A stretch of 63,777 nucleotides of DNA, counting the filler, from Octopus bimaculoides (taxonomy: Eukaryota), in assembly GCF_001194135.2 (NCBI RefSeq). It is 5 parts of 5 records of this genome, joined end to end, with 100 filler letters (N's around TTAATTAATTAA, not from the genome) between each part and the next. Parts side by side here need not be neighbours in the genome. Positions count along the whole stretch, not along the records: positions 34,581 to 59,090 come from NC_068983.1; 4 more parts are not named here. One strand, given 5' to 3'. The notes beneath the pieces were generated by a model, which did not search any database, had not been told where the DNA came from, and saw only the letters and a list, made by a program, of their open reading frames with translations. Both the position numbers and the translations under genes were made by a program. Below, in pieces: positions 36,581-50,959 of this stretch. The stretch's first letter is position 1, and each line of letters starts with the position of its first letter.

Positions 36581-37199
36581 CTGAAATAATAATATCAATT
36601 TACCAAAAACATATACATGTTATATACAAACATGACATATCAGGGAGAGTCCATTAGAACAACAAATACACTTAGCAATTTTTCAGACTAGTAATCTCAT
36701 ATTTCTGCACGAAATTAAGTAATAATGTTTTTAATTAATTACTTTATACTTGTATAACTTAGTTCTCCAATGCTCATTAATTTACTCCCTGATTTTCTAT
36801 AAATTACCGATTGAACTCGAAGTTGGGCGAATAGTTTTAAAACCTTTTTAAACTAGTAACTCTCTTATTCCCAATTTCTTATCCTCTCTGTAATTTCACT
36901 TAGTAACCTTAGTGAATGCGATGCGCCATTGGTTCAACTCTTTCTAGTCACCGATGTTCGATATCACTGATACTACATGGAAATACAGCAGCAATGATTT
37001 TTGATAATAACACTAATTAGCGTGGGTAGAAGCGTGAATTGTTCAATCAGCAATATAATTAAATTGCAAGTTTTTGAAGCTGGCATTCAAACAGTTCACT
37101 TCGATATTAAGCGAGGCATGGGCATTAAGGTAAAACACAAACAGAAGAGATAAAATTGTAGTATCAAGCTGTTTTATTATTATTTGCATAAAGAATAAA

Positions 37200-37420
37200 T
37201 ATTAAATGGATCATTGCAAAAGCGCAGACTTTCTCAGCTGATAAAATGTTTTCGTTCAAAAAGATTAATATTGATTGGACATGCTTTGAGAATGTACCTA
37301 AAATCGCCCTTCAGAACTTTGATGTAATGGAAAAGCATTTACAAGATATATATTTCAAAATATGATGTGGATCTAAGCAGATGGGACAATACATTTAATA
37401 ACGCTGCTCATCTTGGCACA
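37200..37420 (+). mobile_element. Possible highly decayed RTE-like LINE 3' fragment
   Basis: KRLILIGHALRM resembles the RRLxxxGHxxRM motif. Little other support. Confidence 0.3.
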
Positions 37421-38639
37421 TATAATAACTAAAAGCTTATGTGGTTTGGCCTGTGTTGAATGCACAATAATCATAGATTAAGATTTACACCTTATAGTAA
37501 TAAATGTCAAAAAAGTAGCATTATGAAAATATAAATAAAAACACACCCTCGTTATCGTTATTGGCAGATGCAAAGGCATGTCTAAATGATGCTTTACAGA
37601 AATAAATACGATTAGGGCCAAGGCCTGAAATATGGTGGAGTGGATATATTTGTTATAAGGATTCCAGTACATGACTGGTACTTTATTTTATAAAGCACAG
37701 TGATGGAAAAGTAAGTTGACCTCTGCAGGATTGGAATTCATAATAGGAAAACAGGATTGGAATTCCAATAGGAAAAAAATAATTAATGCTAGGTTTTGAT
37801 GGAGTTTCTCTATATGTCTCCATTGACATTAAATTTCAATGGAGACATAATTCATGCAATTTTCTTACTCTCTGACATGAATAATGATCAATCGCCCTTC
37901 TATGACACTCTCTATATTTATGTCAGTTTCCAGATGCTCATGATTGAATGCTTCGCAGTGTAACGTTTACTTTTCAGTTGTATTTTCTTTTTTGGCGGGT
38001 GGATGGATCGAAATAATTGTAGTTCACATGTATTTTAACTCACTTCTTGGAATGTTATATGTACCCAAGTTATGTACCACTTTTATAACATATCTTATTC
38101 ATTTTAGTCATCGAAGCCTTGACTTATTGCTCAGTTGAGGGATCTGTCGATTCGATTATATATAAGAATTTGTGAGCGATTTCTAAGGGAGCTAAAAATG
38201 ATATAGTTAATGCTCTCATTTTATTTGTTACATATTGACTTGAGTTTAGCAACGTCTTCGTTATATTACTGTTCTGGTTGTTTATGGCTCGGCGTTGGTG
38301 TTGGACAACCTCAAAACTTACTTTTTGTATGAGATAAGCCCACTGTTTAAAGGCTTACTATTTATTTGACGAGGTTCCTAAAGTGTTGCTCATAGATTTC
38401 TTTTTAAGGTGTTCTTCTTTCTCTACAGTGTATGGACTCGAATCACAAATAAAATTCATCGTCATCGTCGTCATCGTCGTCATCGTCATCTTCATCACCA
38501 TCATCGATATCATTGTCATTGTTATCATTATCTTTATCATCATAGAACGTGATTGGTTCTGTACTCCAAGAATATAACTTTTGTAAGATTATCCATAAAT
38601 ATGCATAGTACTAACTATGTATAGTATTCTTCTGAATCA

Positions 38640-38840
38640 AAGGTGCCGAGCTGGCACGCCGGGCAAAATGCTTAGCTGTATTTCGTCTGTCTTTACATTC
38701 TGACTTCAAATTCCGCCGAGGTCATCTTTGCCTTTCGTCATTTTGGGGTCGATAAATTAAGTACAAGTTGCGTACTGGGGTCGATCTAATCGACAGGCCT
38801 CCTCCCCCAAAATTTTAGGCCTTGTGCCTGGAATAGAAAA
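38640..38840 (+). mobile_element. SINE family B
   Basis: GCCGAGCTGGCACGCCGGGCAAAATGCTTAG..CCTTGTGCC. Confidence 0.85.
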
Positions 38841-41405
38841 CAATATTCTTCTGAATCTGTAACAGAGGCTAAAGAATGCGATGATCATGAGATAAATGAC
38901 ATTGGTTTAGTTATTAAATATTTCAAGCTCTTTAACTTTTTATGACATTGACGCTACAAATAACTTGTGTATATGTTTACTTACAATTAAGAATTTGATA
39001 ACAATTTTGTGGAACGCACATGTGTACGGTTGTTTATGTAAAGATTATTCGTAATTTCAAAATATCGTTGAAAGAACGATCGATATTAGAGATCTGAGAA
39101 ATAAATTCAAGTGGATGAGATGTTCAAGATAAACTGACATTCCATTGCTACTTTGTTTACCTGTGAGAAGGGATTAGCCATTTATCGTTTCATTTGCATG
39201 GAGAAATCTTCGGAGATTTGTACGCTAACCGCTCCTTGTGTGAAGACTTTGTTATATACAGCCGCATATACAGTCACGTTTACAAATACAGATACACGCA
39301 CGAATACAGTTACGTGTGAAAACAAATACATACCTGCAAATCAATCTAAATACGTATATGCATACATACATACATACATACATACATACATACATGCATA
39401 CATGCATACATGCATACATACATACGTACGTACATACACACATACCCAAAAACAGACACAAACACACGCACACACACACAAAGCGAAGAGAGATTGTTTG
39501 TGCGCGGGCGTGTACGTGTGTCTGTGTGTGTGTGTGTGTGTTGCAAGGAGACATATGTCATAAAGACTATTCCTTAATATGGGCAAAAGGTCACAAATGT
39601 CTGATGTGGTATAGGCAGTTCTATTTGATGTTTAAAATCATCAACCTTGACACGTGAGTGAAGGTGAGTCTAGGGAAAACCAAACGCAGTAGGATCGGAA
39701 TAATTGTGAATATACATCGTTGGCCACACAATAACGCGTTTCTGGTGAACGATTCCACTGAATGGCACATTCGACATGTGTTGACTACTATACTAATTGT
39801 CCGGTTGGCTTATACCTTGCGAATATTATTAAGTAGGTAGCACATGCATACGCATGCATACATATGTACACACATGTACTCACACGCAAACACTTCGACA
39901 CACACATATACGTACATACATTCACACACATGCACAGTGATACATCCAATACGCTCATATACACGACGACAGAGGCACACACTTATATATTAATAGATAT
40001 CGAATGAAGAGAACGTAGCTACTGAGATTGTTAGACTCAAACACACATACACACGCACGCACACACACACACACACACACACATATACATACATGCACGC
40101 ACATACACACACGCACACTCATTTGTATATGTACAGAGGTTGGCAAGCAAAATAACAATGCAAGAGTGAAACAAAGATTGAGAAAGATTAAGAAAGACTG
40201 AGAAAGAAAAATAGAAAATGAATAAGTCATTGAGAAATATAAATGAAGAAAGAGAGGTTGGGAAAGATAAAGATTCACTGATAAAAGGCTTTCATTAAAA
40301 CAGCTAAAATTTAAGTCACGAATGTTCTTTAAGATTGATATATTTTCACTTTCAATATTTTCCTGCTACTCTAATGGATTTTCCTTTATTTGATATAACT
40401 TTAAAATAATACATTACAATAATACATTATAGGTGGCAATGTTCGAGACCTCTTGACTTCATTTTGAAGACGATCTCAGTTTCACAGTTCTAGTGAAACT
40501 GTAAAAATAGCTGTTATCCTTGTTTTAGAATGAATAATAGTTTTAGCATTACCATTGATGGGATTCATTGTTTCGTATTCTCTCAATAAAGATACATAAT
40601 TACGCTATTATGGAAAATAAGCTTTCAATACCCATCTAAGATAAATTAATCAATCGATCACTACAGATCAGAACTGACTCTCTTTCGCATTCTCTTTCTA
40701 TCTGACCCCAGCCCCATCCACACGCACAAAGACAAGCATGTAGACACACACGTATGTGTACGAGTCTATGTTTATCTGCATGTATATATGTAAGTATGTG
40801 TATGTATGTATGCATGCATGTATGTATGCCTCTATGCACTTATATATGTATTCCTGTATGTATGCATAAATACATGTATATATTTATGTATGCATGCATG
40901 CATGTATGTGTGCATGTATGTATGTATGTATGCATGTATGTACATATGCATGCATGCGTGTATGTATGCATATGCGTGTGTATGTAAATGGGTATGAAAT
41001 ATGTATGTTTTTGTAGATGAACAGGCTTTGCCAAATATGCGCTGCATAGTCAACTGTGCGCAATATTCACTTCATAATATTGAGTTTAGGATTCGTTTCA
41101 CGTGTGCAGAAAATTAGACAAGGGTTTTTCTTCAAACCATAATATTTTGAGTGAAGTGGAATAAAAGGACTCTATTTGGAAGCCCACTGGATAGAATATA
41201 GCTGTAAGCGAAATGCTCCTCCTTGTGCATTTTACTCTGGATTATAATATTTGGGTGCGTGTCATTTGGGCTCAAATTTGTCATTCGATAAATAAGAAGA
41301 CATCTAGTTTTCTGAAATGGTCCTATATTTAGAGGAGTTCAAGTGATGCATCATGGTATTCATTTGATTTTGCACTTTGCAAGTTCACATCCTGACCACT
41401 ACGTT

Positions 41406-41459
41406 CTAGGTGGAACGACTAGGTGGAACGACTAGGTGGAACGACTAGGTGGAACGACT
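41406..41459. repeat. 13-bp tandem repeat x4
   Basis: CTAGGTGGAACGA repeated. Confidence 0.9.
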
Positions 41460-42418
41460 CTCTCATCAGGTCTAAAACGACTACTGCATCTGTGGTTATC
41501 TATACCACAATAATTTTGTTGAATTATGGCAGAGTAGTTTTCTGGTTTCAGGATAACTTTTCGCTTTCTCCCTTCAAATTCGGAGGATGTAAAATGTGGT
41601 ATGGTCACAGTGAACAGTGACCATGACCATAATCTCATGATTATCCGATATACTTGTCTATGTTATGCAAATGCGTGCCCCTTGACACTTCGCGTTATTT
41701 CTTTTAACCCATTTTCCTTAAATTATGCAGATTACTTAGGTCACAACCGCTTTTATTCTGTTAAAGAGAAAACAAAGTCTTTTGGTTATTAGTGATGAGG
41801 TTGGGCGATTGTTGTGCTGCTAATGTGTACTGATCTAGTAACAGGTATCAACAACTGTCCTCTTATCCACGAGCTAGTAACAGGTATCAGGAACTATCTT
41901 CTTATCCACAAACTATGCGTTATTCCTTTTCCTTAATGACATGCTAGATTATGAGAAATTTTTGAATCGTGAGATGATCTCCCCTATCTAAATGTTTGAA
42001 GCAGTGCTGGTCATAATTGCCATTTGGTAATTATGTCTCTTCCCGTAGAGGCGAAGAGTATTCTAAAAGCTCAGAAAAGAAATATAAAAAAGGAAAAGAA
42101 AGGAGACTTCAATAGCGATTTCTTTGAGAAGGAAGATATCCTTTCTTAGTTTCTGAACAGCAGTTAATTTCAATCATCAGGAGACATGCTCGTAACATTG
42201 GAGCCATGAACTGCATCTTTGAAGAACTTGGAAAGCATTCACGGCAACGTTACATCGTCAGGGGAGCGATATACATACAAACATGCAACCATATAAAGTC
42301 ATACACGCATGCTTAACACACAACACACACATACACACACACACACGCACACACACACAAACACACACACACACACACATGCACACACACACGCACACAC
42401 TCACTCACACACATTCAC

Positions 42419-42463
<45 letters not shown>

Positions 42464-43346
42464 CACACAAACACATAATTTCTAGAAGAAAATATACAAT
42501 TTTCTTAGTTTTTATGGGGAACATAACTTAATATCCGTTTGTAAGTTGGCACCTTAAATACAGACTGTTTATTCGACCTTATTATTTTAACAACGTACCT
42601 TAGCAATACTGCTGTACTCGTGCCAATTTTTTTTTCAAAGATACACGTATAAGAAAGAAAAATATAGAAGATGTTTTAGTAAAGATTAAAACTTATCTGG
42701 CTTAGTCATCAATACTTAATGATTATTTTTTTTTTAACTAGGCGCAAAGCCAAATTATTACTTTTAGGTTATAAACAATTCAATCGAAGCATATGCACTG
42801 CCACTATTTATATCATCTACCTTGAAAAGGGTATTCAAATCTGGAGATATTTGTCATGTGTACTGAGAGGGACAAAGCTAAACATTATAAAATATTCTGC
42901 CTGGTATGTCAGACTTCTCTTCTTCATCGTGGCATGAAATCTTTTCCAATTTTTGAACAGTTTTGCATTACTATTTGCCAATTGAGACAAGTGTTAGACT
43001 TACCGGATTCTACTCTTTTATGTGATGACGCATTCAGTTAAATACTACTGCTTCAACCAAACTATCGATTTTTAGTTTAGTACAGTTATTTACTCCTTTC
43101 TACAGGTTGAAAAAGCATATTGCGACGATATTGACTTTTCTTAAGCCTTAATATTAATTCGAAGCTGGTAAAATATCTGTTGAGAACACACCATATGTTT
43201 GTTTCTATTATGAAAATAAAATTTGTGACTAAGCATATAAAATTAATCACTTCAGTCCCAAGTTTTTCGACATCTCTCTCTCTCTCACTCTCTTGCTAGC
43301 TCTCACTCTCTTGCTAGCTCTCACTCTCTTGCTAGCTCTCACTCTC

Positions 43347-43394
<48 letters not shown>

Positions 43395-44429
43395 CACACA
43401 CACATACAACCATATATGTGTGTGTATATTTGAGTTCGTGTGTAACTGAGTACACAGTTGTGCGCATGTGTGCTTACGTAGTCACATGAATACAAACACA
43501 CATATACATATATATGTGTGTATGTGAGTGTGCGTGTGTGTGTGTCAGTGTGTGTGTTTGTGTGTGTGTATGTGTGTGCGTCTATATATTTGTATTCCCA
43601 CACATATATACATGTGTTTGCATTTGGATGTGTACTGAAAGGATACTTGGTGCCAGTTACTCCAATTAATTTCATACAATACGGGAACATTTTAAACAAT
43701 AATAGATACCAGTATATACCTTCTGGGCAACAGCATTTTACAAGATATTCCTTATCATTTCTAGTTTTGATTTATATTTCTTTTATATTTGCCAGACTTT
43801 GATAGTTATGGATTTAGTTTTCTTTTTTTTTTTCTCTCTCTCTTCCAAGCAAGTGACGAAATAGCCAAAGAAGTTTTAGAAACATTTTCATAAGCAGATA
43901 TACATATCAGTTATCTGAGAACAAGATGATATTTCTTTACATTTCATAGAGTTATGACGGTAAGAGAGTTTACATAGTTTTAATGATAAGTCAGGGATTC
44001 GTCCGTTTTCATAATAACTCATGCCGTAACTACAAAAACAAATCTAATTTCCTAGCCCTCAGTTCAAAGAATGAGGAACCAACTAGATATACAACAAACC
44101 AGGAGGCGACGATAAAAAAGAAACAAGAAAACCCACCATCTTAAATGGTTACGAGATGTAAAACTTCATGTTAGTGAAACAAATAGTGAATAATATCCCC
44201 AGATTAAAATTTTCCAAAGTGAAAAAACATACACATTTCCTATATAAATGCCAAAGATCCAGTGGGCAGCATGAAAACATTAAGTAGCTAACAGACCACT
44301 CGGGTTTCCGTAGTGGTTTCAGTGAGGGACATATTCAAGGAGAACACGTTGTACTTTCTGAACCTGATACAGGAGAAGTGATTGTGAGTCCTGCTTGCTT
44401 ATCAAAAAGATGAAAGCAGATTGTAATGG

Positions 44430-44560
44430 CTTACATTGCTAGTGAATAACTAACTGGACAATCTAAATTGCTAGTGAATAACTCACTGGACAATCTAAAT
44501 TGCTAGTGAATAACTAACTGGACAATCTAATTTGCTAGTGAATAACTAACTGAACAGTCT
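44430..44560. repeat. 32-bp minisatellite, about 4 copies
   Basis: ATTGCTAGTGAATAACT(A/C)ACTGGACAATCTAA repeated. Confidence 0.9.
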
Positions 44561-44734
44561 GAATGAAGTAGTCTCCTATCTTTATACGCTGACATTCTAG
44601 TTACACAAGTTTACGTTCAGGAATTGACATTTCTGGAAGTATGACGTGTATACAGGAATGCTAGACACACATTGTTCTGAAGGGCCAGGGTGTAATCTAG
44701 ATTGTAGCTACAGATGAGTGTATAATTTTACATT

Positions 44735-45215
44735 TCTTTTTATCGTTTATTTGCTTGACTGTGGCCATGCTGTAGCATTGAAAAAATTTTAGTTGAATGA
44801 ATTAGCCCCAGAACTTATGTGTTTAAAGCCACGTACTTAGTCTATCAGTCACTATTAACGAACCGCTAATTTACGGGAACGTAAATACACCAACACAGGT
44901 TGTTAAGTTGTGGTGGGGAACAAACAGAGACAGAAAGACACGCACGCTGGCACACAAACACGTGTGTGCGCACACACTCACGCACATGCATACACGAGCC
45001 CACACCCACACACACTCTCTCACACACACACTCACACACATATGTGTAAATCAGTCTTAATTCAGTTTCCATCTACCAAATCCACTCACAAGGATTTGGT
45101 CAGCCCGAATACAGTCGAAGACACTTTCCTAAACTGTCTTGTAATGGAACTGAACCCCGGAACATTTGGTTGGGAAGAAGCTTCTAGCCTTAAAACCACG
45201 AATGCGCCTGTTAGT
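44735..45215 (-). mobile_element. SINE family A, near full length with an internal (CA)n
   Basis: Head, body and tail segments are collinear with the other family A pieces. Confidence 0.8.
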
Positions 45216-45273
45216 GTATGGATAAGTTGCTTTGTATATTTTTTGTTATATATTTTATGTTTCATTGCTTCGG

Positions 45274-45309
<36 letters not shown>

Positions 45310-45659
45310 TTATTATTGTATTTATCTATGATTTTGCATATATTTTTGTGCTTTATTTATGGACCTAATTATTTCGATAAAATTATTTTAGGTAAATTCA
45401 AAAATCTCAATGTGTGAAAACATTGATAATCTTGTCTTATGCTCTGAATTTACTAACTCCTTATAGCCTATTGCATACACGACTGAAATATGGTGGAAAA
45501 TATACGGATTTTATTATCATTTCTTTTTATCTCAAAGTTTGTTGGAACTCCTGGCATCTTGCATGCGTTACGGGCTTGCTAACTGGTGCCTACCGTTTAA
45601 CACTATCTGTTCTTTTCAACTATCTAATGCTTACCTGATTATTCTGTCCGTGCCAAGGA

Positions 45660-47400
45660 GGCAAATCTTTTGTAACAGTTCTTATGGGCACTCCATTCCG
45701 ATTTCATTTATATTCCTCTTAATGCGTTCTGATACTGTCTCCCTAAAACCAACGCTAATTGGAAACTACCTTCATCCTACTCATTTTCCATCACCAGGCT
45801 TATACGTACTTAAGTGGCTTGTATTTATTTTTTTGCCTTAATTCTTAACTATTCGCGGTGTCAAAGTGACACGTAACAGCGAAAATATAGCACACGTGGT
45901 GCATCTTGTACACCACCAGTAGGTGCGGTCTGTTATGATCTAGCACCTGATCTGTTTGGATTGGGAAATCCCTGAGGATTTTGCAAGTCTCCGAAACCAC
46001 CACGTTCTGTTTGTGTTTATATCCTACCTTGCCTCTTTCTTGATTTGCAATACATTATTTTTGGAAGAAAGAAACGAGGTAGAAGAAAAAAATGTGCTGA
46101 AAGCAGAGAAAACAACCTAACATTGTATCACTAAAGGGCAATATCATGTCAAAAGTAGAAACCTCGACACACTGAAGTCTGTTTATACAATAACACCGAA
46201 TGAATGCAAAAAATAAGTCCAACTGAACTTGTAAAGGAATTTAAGGACAAACGTGTGTACAGTAAAGGAATGTAAGAACAAACGTATGTACGGTAAAGGA
46301 TTGTAAGGACAAACTAGAGATAAGGTGGGCATGGAACAAAGGGAATGTAGATTTTAATGATTCCAACGGCCCACTAAATGTCTAGCTTGTCCATACATTT
46401 CTTTACCAGTAATATGTGTGTCCTTAGATTCATTTACAAATTCTATTTCACTTCTTATTTTTGCATTCATTCAGTGTTACTGCATCAACAGATTTAAGAG
46501 TGCCGAGGTGTCTTACTTTTGACATGACGTTGCCCTTTAGTCGTACCAAACTAGGTTGTTTTCCTTGTTTTTAACACGTTTCCACTACCTCCTTTCTTTC
46601 TTCCAACAATAATGTCATGCAAACTAATCCTTGGACGGAATTATTTATGCACTGTCATCAATTGCTTAGTTTTTCTATCAATACTTTCTAATTTGGCTTT
46701 CCCCCATTTAATAGCTTTTGCTGCGTAACGCATGAAGGATAAGGCTTATTTATTCATTGCGTTGATCTTATTCCTACCATTCAATTTAGAGAACATTCAA
46801 AGTTTCACCCCTCCAAGATGGTCTTTTGTAAACATCTTCATTTACTTCTCTTTGATCTTATCCAACTCAAAGACTCCCGAATACTTATACCCTTCATCTT
46901 CCACTTCTTTAATAATCTGACCATTCAGAGGTTCAATAACCCTACTCTTTGATATTTATCCACTTTTCAGGATTTCAAAGCCACATTTAGCCCAAACTGC
47001 CTCCCAATTTCCTGACTAATCAGGTGTATAGTAGATGTTAAGCTTTCAACGTCATTCTTTTCTATCCCGAATGTCTATAACTCATGAATATTACATGGTT
47101 GATCGTGATACCATCAAGCACATATCCCATTTTCACTTTTCTAAGGACTTGATTCAGAATGATGATGCAAATGACAAATAAGTGTGACAATAAGCTGCCT
47201 CCGTGAAATATATCACTCCGTATGTTAACATATCCTAACTGTTCCCTGCAGGAAAGTAAATTAACTCTGTTTTTGCAACACTCCAACAATGTTTCTGTAA
47301 ATATATATTACATTGTTTGTCACTTGAGTAAATTACAAGCACTCTTATATCCACATCCAGACGTACGTTTTGTCTTTCCTTCCATTTTTCCGATGTATTG
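45660..47400 (-). mobile_element. R4/Dong-type non-LTR retrotransposon remnant (RT and REL endonuclease), internally deleted
   Basis: Minus frames give VNIRSDIFHGGSLLSHLFVICI..QVLRKVKMGYVLDGITINHVIFM (RT), EGYKYSGVFE, KILRDFPIQTDQVLDHNRPHLLVV..KNKYKPLKY (REL) and ELLQKICLLGTDRIIR. Interrupted by a fold-back insertion. Confidence 0.85.
46052..46615. mobile_element. About 560-bp imperfect fold-back element
   Basis: The left arm (about 46052-46310) matches the reverse complement of about 46385-46615. The centre is also partly self-complementary. Confidence 0.8.
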
Positions 47401-47889
47401 ACCATGTTTCGTTTTTATTTTCCAGACGGTTAATATATATATCCGTCATCTTGTGTCTTAAATGTTTTTGGGGTATGTCACATTTTCGATAGGTATCATG
47501 TTGTTGTTGGTGTTATTATTTCAGTTTTAGGCAACTTTCTACTGCATAACCTGCGCATACTTGTTACTGGAATGTATCTTCTTTTCTCTCGTTGGGAGTG
47601 TACAAAAACTTCCCATTATTGTGTGACGTCATTTTTTCTCTTGAGGTTTGATGGAGTCTTTTGCTGTATTATTGCTTGTATAATGTGTTGAGTGTGTAAT
47701 TCGTCGGTTATATAGCTTGCAGGTTGAAGTTTATTTCACTAGATAATTACTATATAGAGAGTGCCTTGTGTCTGTGCGTTGTTTTATTTAGGTTGTATTA
47801 TTGAAATGTTAGTGTCTTGGGTAGGATGTGGGCTCTTCCTAGCATAGGTATTTTTTTATATAGTGCATAGTATGAATATTATTATTGTG

Positions 47890-48290
47890 TGAGAGAGCAG
47901 TGCATGCCATCAAAGTGACACTGGGGTAAAATATACGATGCCCATTATACCCATTATGACTACCCGTCTGATAAAAGTACACCAGGCACATGCATCACAA
48001 CAATATGTGCGCGACATGGTGATTGCATATCAAGATAAACAGAGCATGACCTCGCAGGTGGGGCCCAGTTAGAATTTTCTTCAGGTCGAGTAGCCCATCC
48101 CATTCAAAAGGTCCCTGAATAAGGTTTGTTTAAAGATGTTGAGCCAAGCACTCATGTTTCCAAAGGTAAATTATTCAAACCCCAAAGAATTTCTCTCAAC
48201 ACAGGGCTATGATGCTCCCCCACTACTTCTGCTCATGATCAGAGATGCACATATCGTCAGCCACTAAGGTTAAGGTCAAACAACTGACAA
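47890..48290 (+). repeat. Dispersed repeat of about 400 bp, unclassified, copy 1
   Basis: Homologous over its whole length to the inverted copy at 50960-51372. Confidence 0.75.
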
Positions 48291-48415
48291 GTAAATCTGT
48301 GGTATTAAGCAGAATATTTACTGTAGCCCATCTTTTATACCAAGACAATTATTATTATCATTATTATTATTACTATTATTATTATTATTATTGCTATTTA
48401 TTATTATTATTATTA

Positions 48416-48469
<54 letters not shown>

Positions 48470-48937
48470 GTATTTTTATTATTATCGTTATTATTATTGT
48501 TGCAGTTGTTATCATTATTAATGGCAGAACATGGTGCTTAACACTTTAATCCAAAATTTCAGGCCCTGCGGAAGGTTAGAAATATTACGCTTGGTTGACT
48601 GGCAGTCGATTTTTTGGGGCGATTATAACAACTGATATATTCTGTCTCAGCATTTCTGATTTTGTGATTAAATTGTAGACAATAAATAGAATATTGTGTA
48701 CAGGTATCAATCTCAATGATCTGGAAAAAATATTTTCTAGGAGTTTATGACAAAGGAGTCCGTTACGCTTTAGATAAGCGCTATCTTTTAGAATCTTTTC
48801 AAATTGTTTGGCCATATCGGCTCTATCTCGTACTTTATTTCATCTGCTGATATTTCGTACGTAAGACTCTTGATAATAATAGATATTGCTGATCAGTAAC
48901 GCACAAATAGACCCCTGTATATTTCGTATGTAAGTTG

Positions 48938-49631
48938 ATAGGAAAGATATTTTTTCAGCGCCATTGAGTCGGACACTGAGCAGAGGGAGGGTGAGAGAGG
49001 GAGAGAGAAAGAGACAGAAGGAGACAGAAGGAAAGAAAGGGAATGAGAAAAAGAGAAAATTTGGTGTCATCGGAATGCTGCAATTCAAATTTTCTTTGTT
49101 GTTGATCATGTTGTACACATTATATTTTCTGATTTCCCGTTCAAGAGATCAGTTTAACAATGTCATTTGTATATCTAGAGAAGAAAATGCAAAGAAGCTT
49201 TCGCTGATTCGTATACGTAATGGCTTGTACAATTGAAAGAATTGAAACCGTAAGTAGCTCCGAGACTATCTGTCTCCGGAATCAGGAAAAAGTTGAAGTA
49301 GGTATTGATCTGAACTACAGAGTCAGATAAGATTTTGCAGTAATATAACTTCATAAACATCTTCTTTATCAAAGGATCAAAACTCGGTAAAGGGTGGAAT
49401 TTGCCTTATGTGTGGATCGAAAACCAATCCACTCACTGTCTCCACTTTGCTTTCTCATGTTTCTTTTTATGAATTAATTATTCTTTAGATGTATAATGTA
49501 CTGGAAAATTGATTATACTACATCACATTCAGGTGACTGCAATCTCTCCTTCTGTCTCGTCCTCTCTCTCTCTCTCACCCTCGCTCTGCTTAGCGTCCGA
49601 CTCAATGGCGCTGAAAAACCATCTTTCCTAT
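48938..49631. repeat. Inverted repeat pair, arms about 85 bp
   Basis: ATAGGAAAGAT..TTTTCAGCGCCATTGAGTCGGAC..GAGACAGAAGG at 48938-49022, with the reverse complement at 49546-49631. Confidence 0.75.
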
Positions 49632-50384
49632 GTTCGTTGTGATTTAAATATTTTAACTCTTTAAGCACACGATCCCGAGGCATCATGTTTAGCACTTTTG
49701 AGCCTGCCTGCTCTACCGAAAAAGAAACAACTATATGTGTATGTAACGGGTCTCAATTCGATATTGTCCTCCTAGATTTATAACAATTATCGTTGTATGA
49801 TAATGAGGTTCGTCACCGGTTTATGTGTGAGATAATTTCTGCTATCTTTATTCAGTAATAATTCAAATTGATTTCCATATATGATGAAGGATCAATTTAT
49901 TGGCACAGCAATATACAAATTTTGTTTGTATCTTCTAAATAATTGGTTCCTGCTTCCAGTCTATATTTGGCTGACAACTTACTAAACCCTTCAAAACCTT
50001 ACACAAACACCGATATCTAATTATCTTTTAATAACCTTCAAGTATGCAGGTTTATAGACAGTGCTAGACTATTGGCAGTTGTTCAGAATGTTGCTTCCTC
50101 TTTCGTGAATTAATAATAGTATTTTGAAAATACTATTCAACACTATTGATCGTACTGATGAAAGAAAGTATGAGGTATACTTTTCAAATAATATGTGTGT
50201 CTAAATATTTCTCATCTATGCAGCCTCATAATGTACAGTGGTGCTATCTTTAGAGTCTTGCCAAATTCTTAAAAGCAAACAAGTACGTGGTATAATAGTT
50301 CATACTTCTTATTTTAGGTGAATGTACTGATTTAATACGCTGTTTTTATTTCTGCGATTATTACATTTACTCTAATAATACTAA

Positions 50385-50417
<33 letters not shown>

Positions 50418-50433
50418 TAATAATAATAATAAT

Positions 50434-50826
50434 AAGCAAAATATGGAACCTGAAGACTAAAACAATACCTATTGTCATAGGTGCCCTGGAAATGACAGCG
50501 AAACGGGCTGATTACTTCCTAGCTCAGATACCAAGAAACCCCAAAATGGCTGAAGTTCAAAAGATAGTGCCCATGGGAACTGCCCATTTCCTACGTAAAA
50601 TACTGTATATGTGATCTCAAATTTTAAAACAAACACATAATGTTCATATGGTTTCTTAAACAGTCTCTATAACAACACTATATGCAAATCCAAATATATG
50701 GTACCGTCGGCATAACGCCTACATGAACTTCTTAACTTGTTGTCTCTTGAGGTCTCTGAGTGAGACTTGGATCCAACTTGTACAAATGCAAAGCAAAAGT
50801 CAAACATAAAATAATAATAATAATAA
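50434..50826 (+). mobile_element. 5'-truncated R4/Dong-type element 3' end with (TAA)n tail
   Basis: SKIWNLKTKTIPIVIGALEM..AEVQKIVPMGTAHFLRKILYM* (stop 50612-50614), then a UTR and (ATA)n. (AAT)n also lies immediately 5'. Confidence 0.75.
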
Positions 50827-50959
50827 CTATGATAATTCCTTGATGCAGTACCAAGCATTGGCTTTTAATCTTAACTGATTGGAATTTACATTGTTTTCTC
50901 TTGATATAAAAGGTGGGCTACAGCAAATATTCGGCTCCGTACCACAGATTTGCTTTTCA

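Noticed and set aside
42047-42149. Plus-strand acceptor followed by AKSILKAQKRNIKKEKKGDFNSDFFEKEDILS*
   Set aside because: Two frames are equally plausible, the sequence is low-complexity and Lys-rich, and there is no linked upstream exon.
41406-44560. Short tandem arrays as CRISPR-like repeats
   Set aside because: No unique spacers, no cas genes, and a eukaryotic context.
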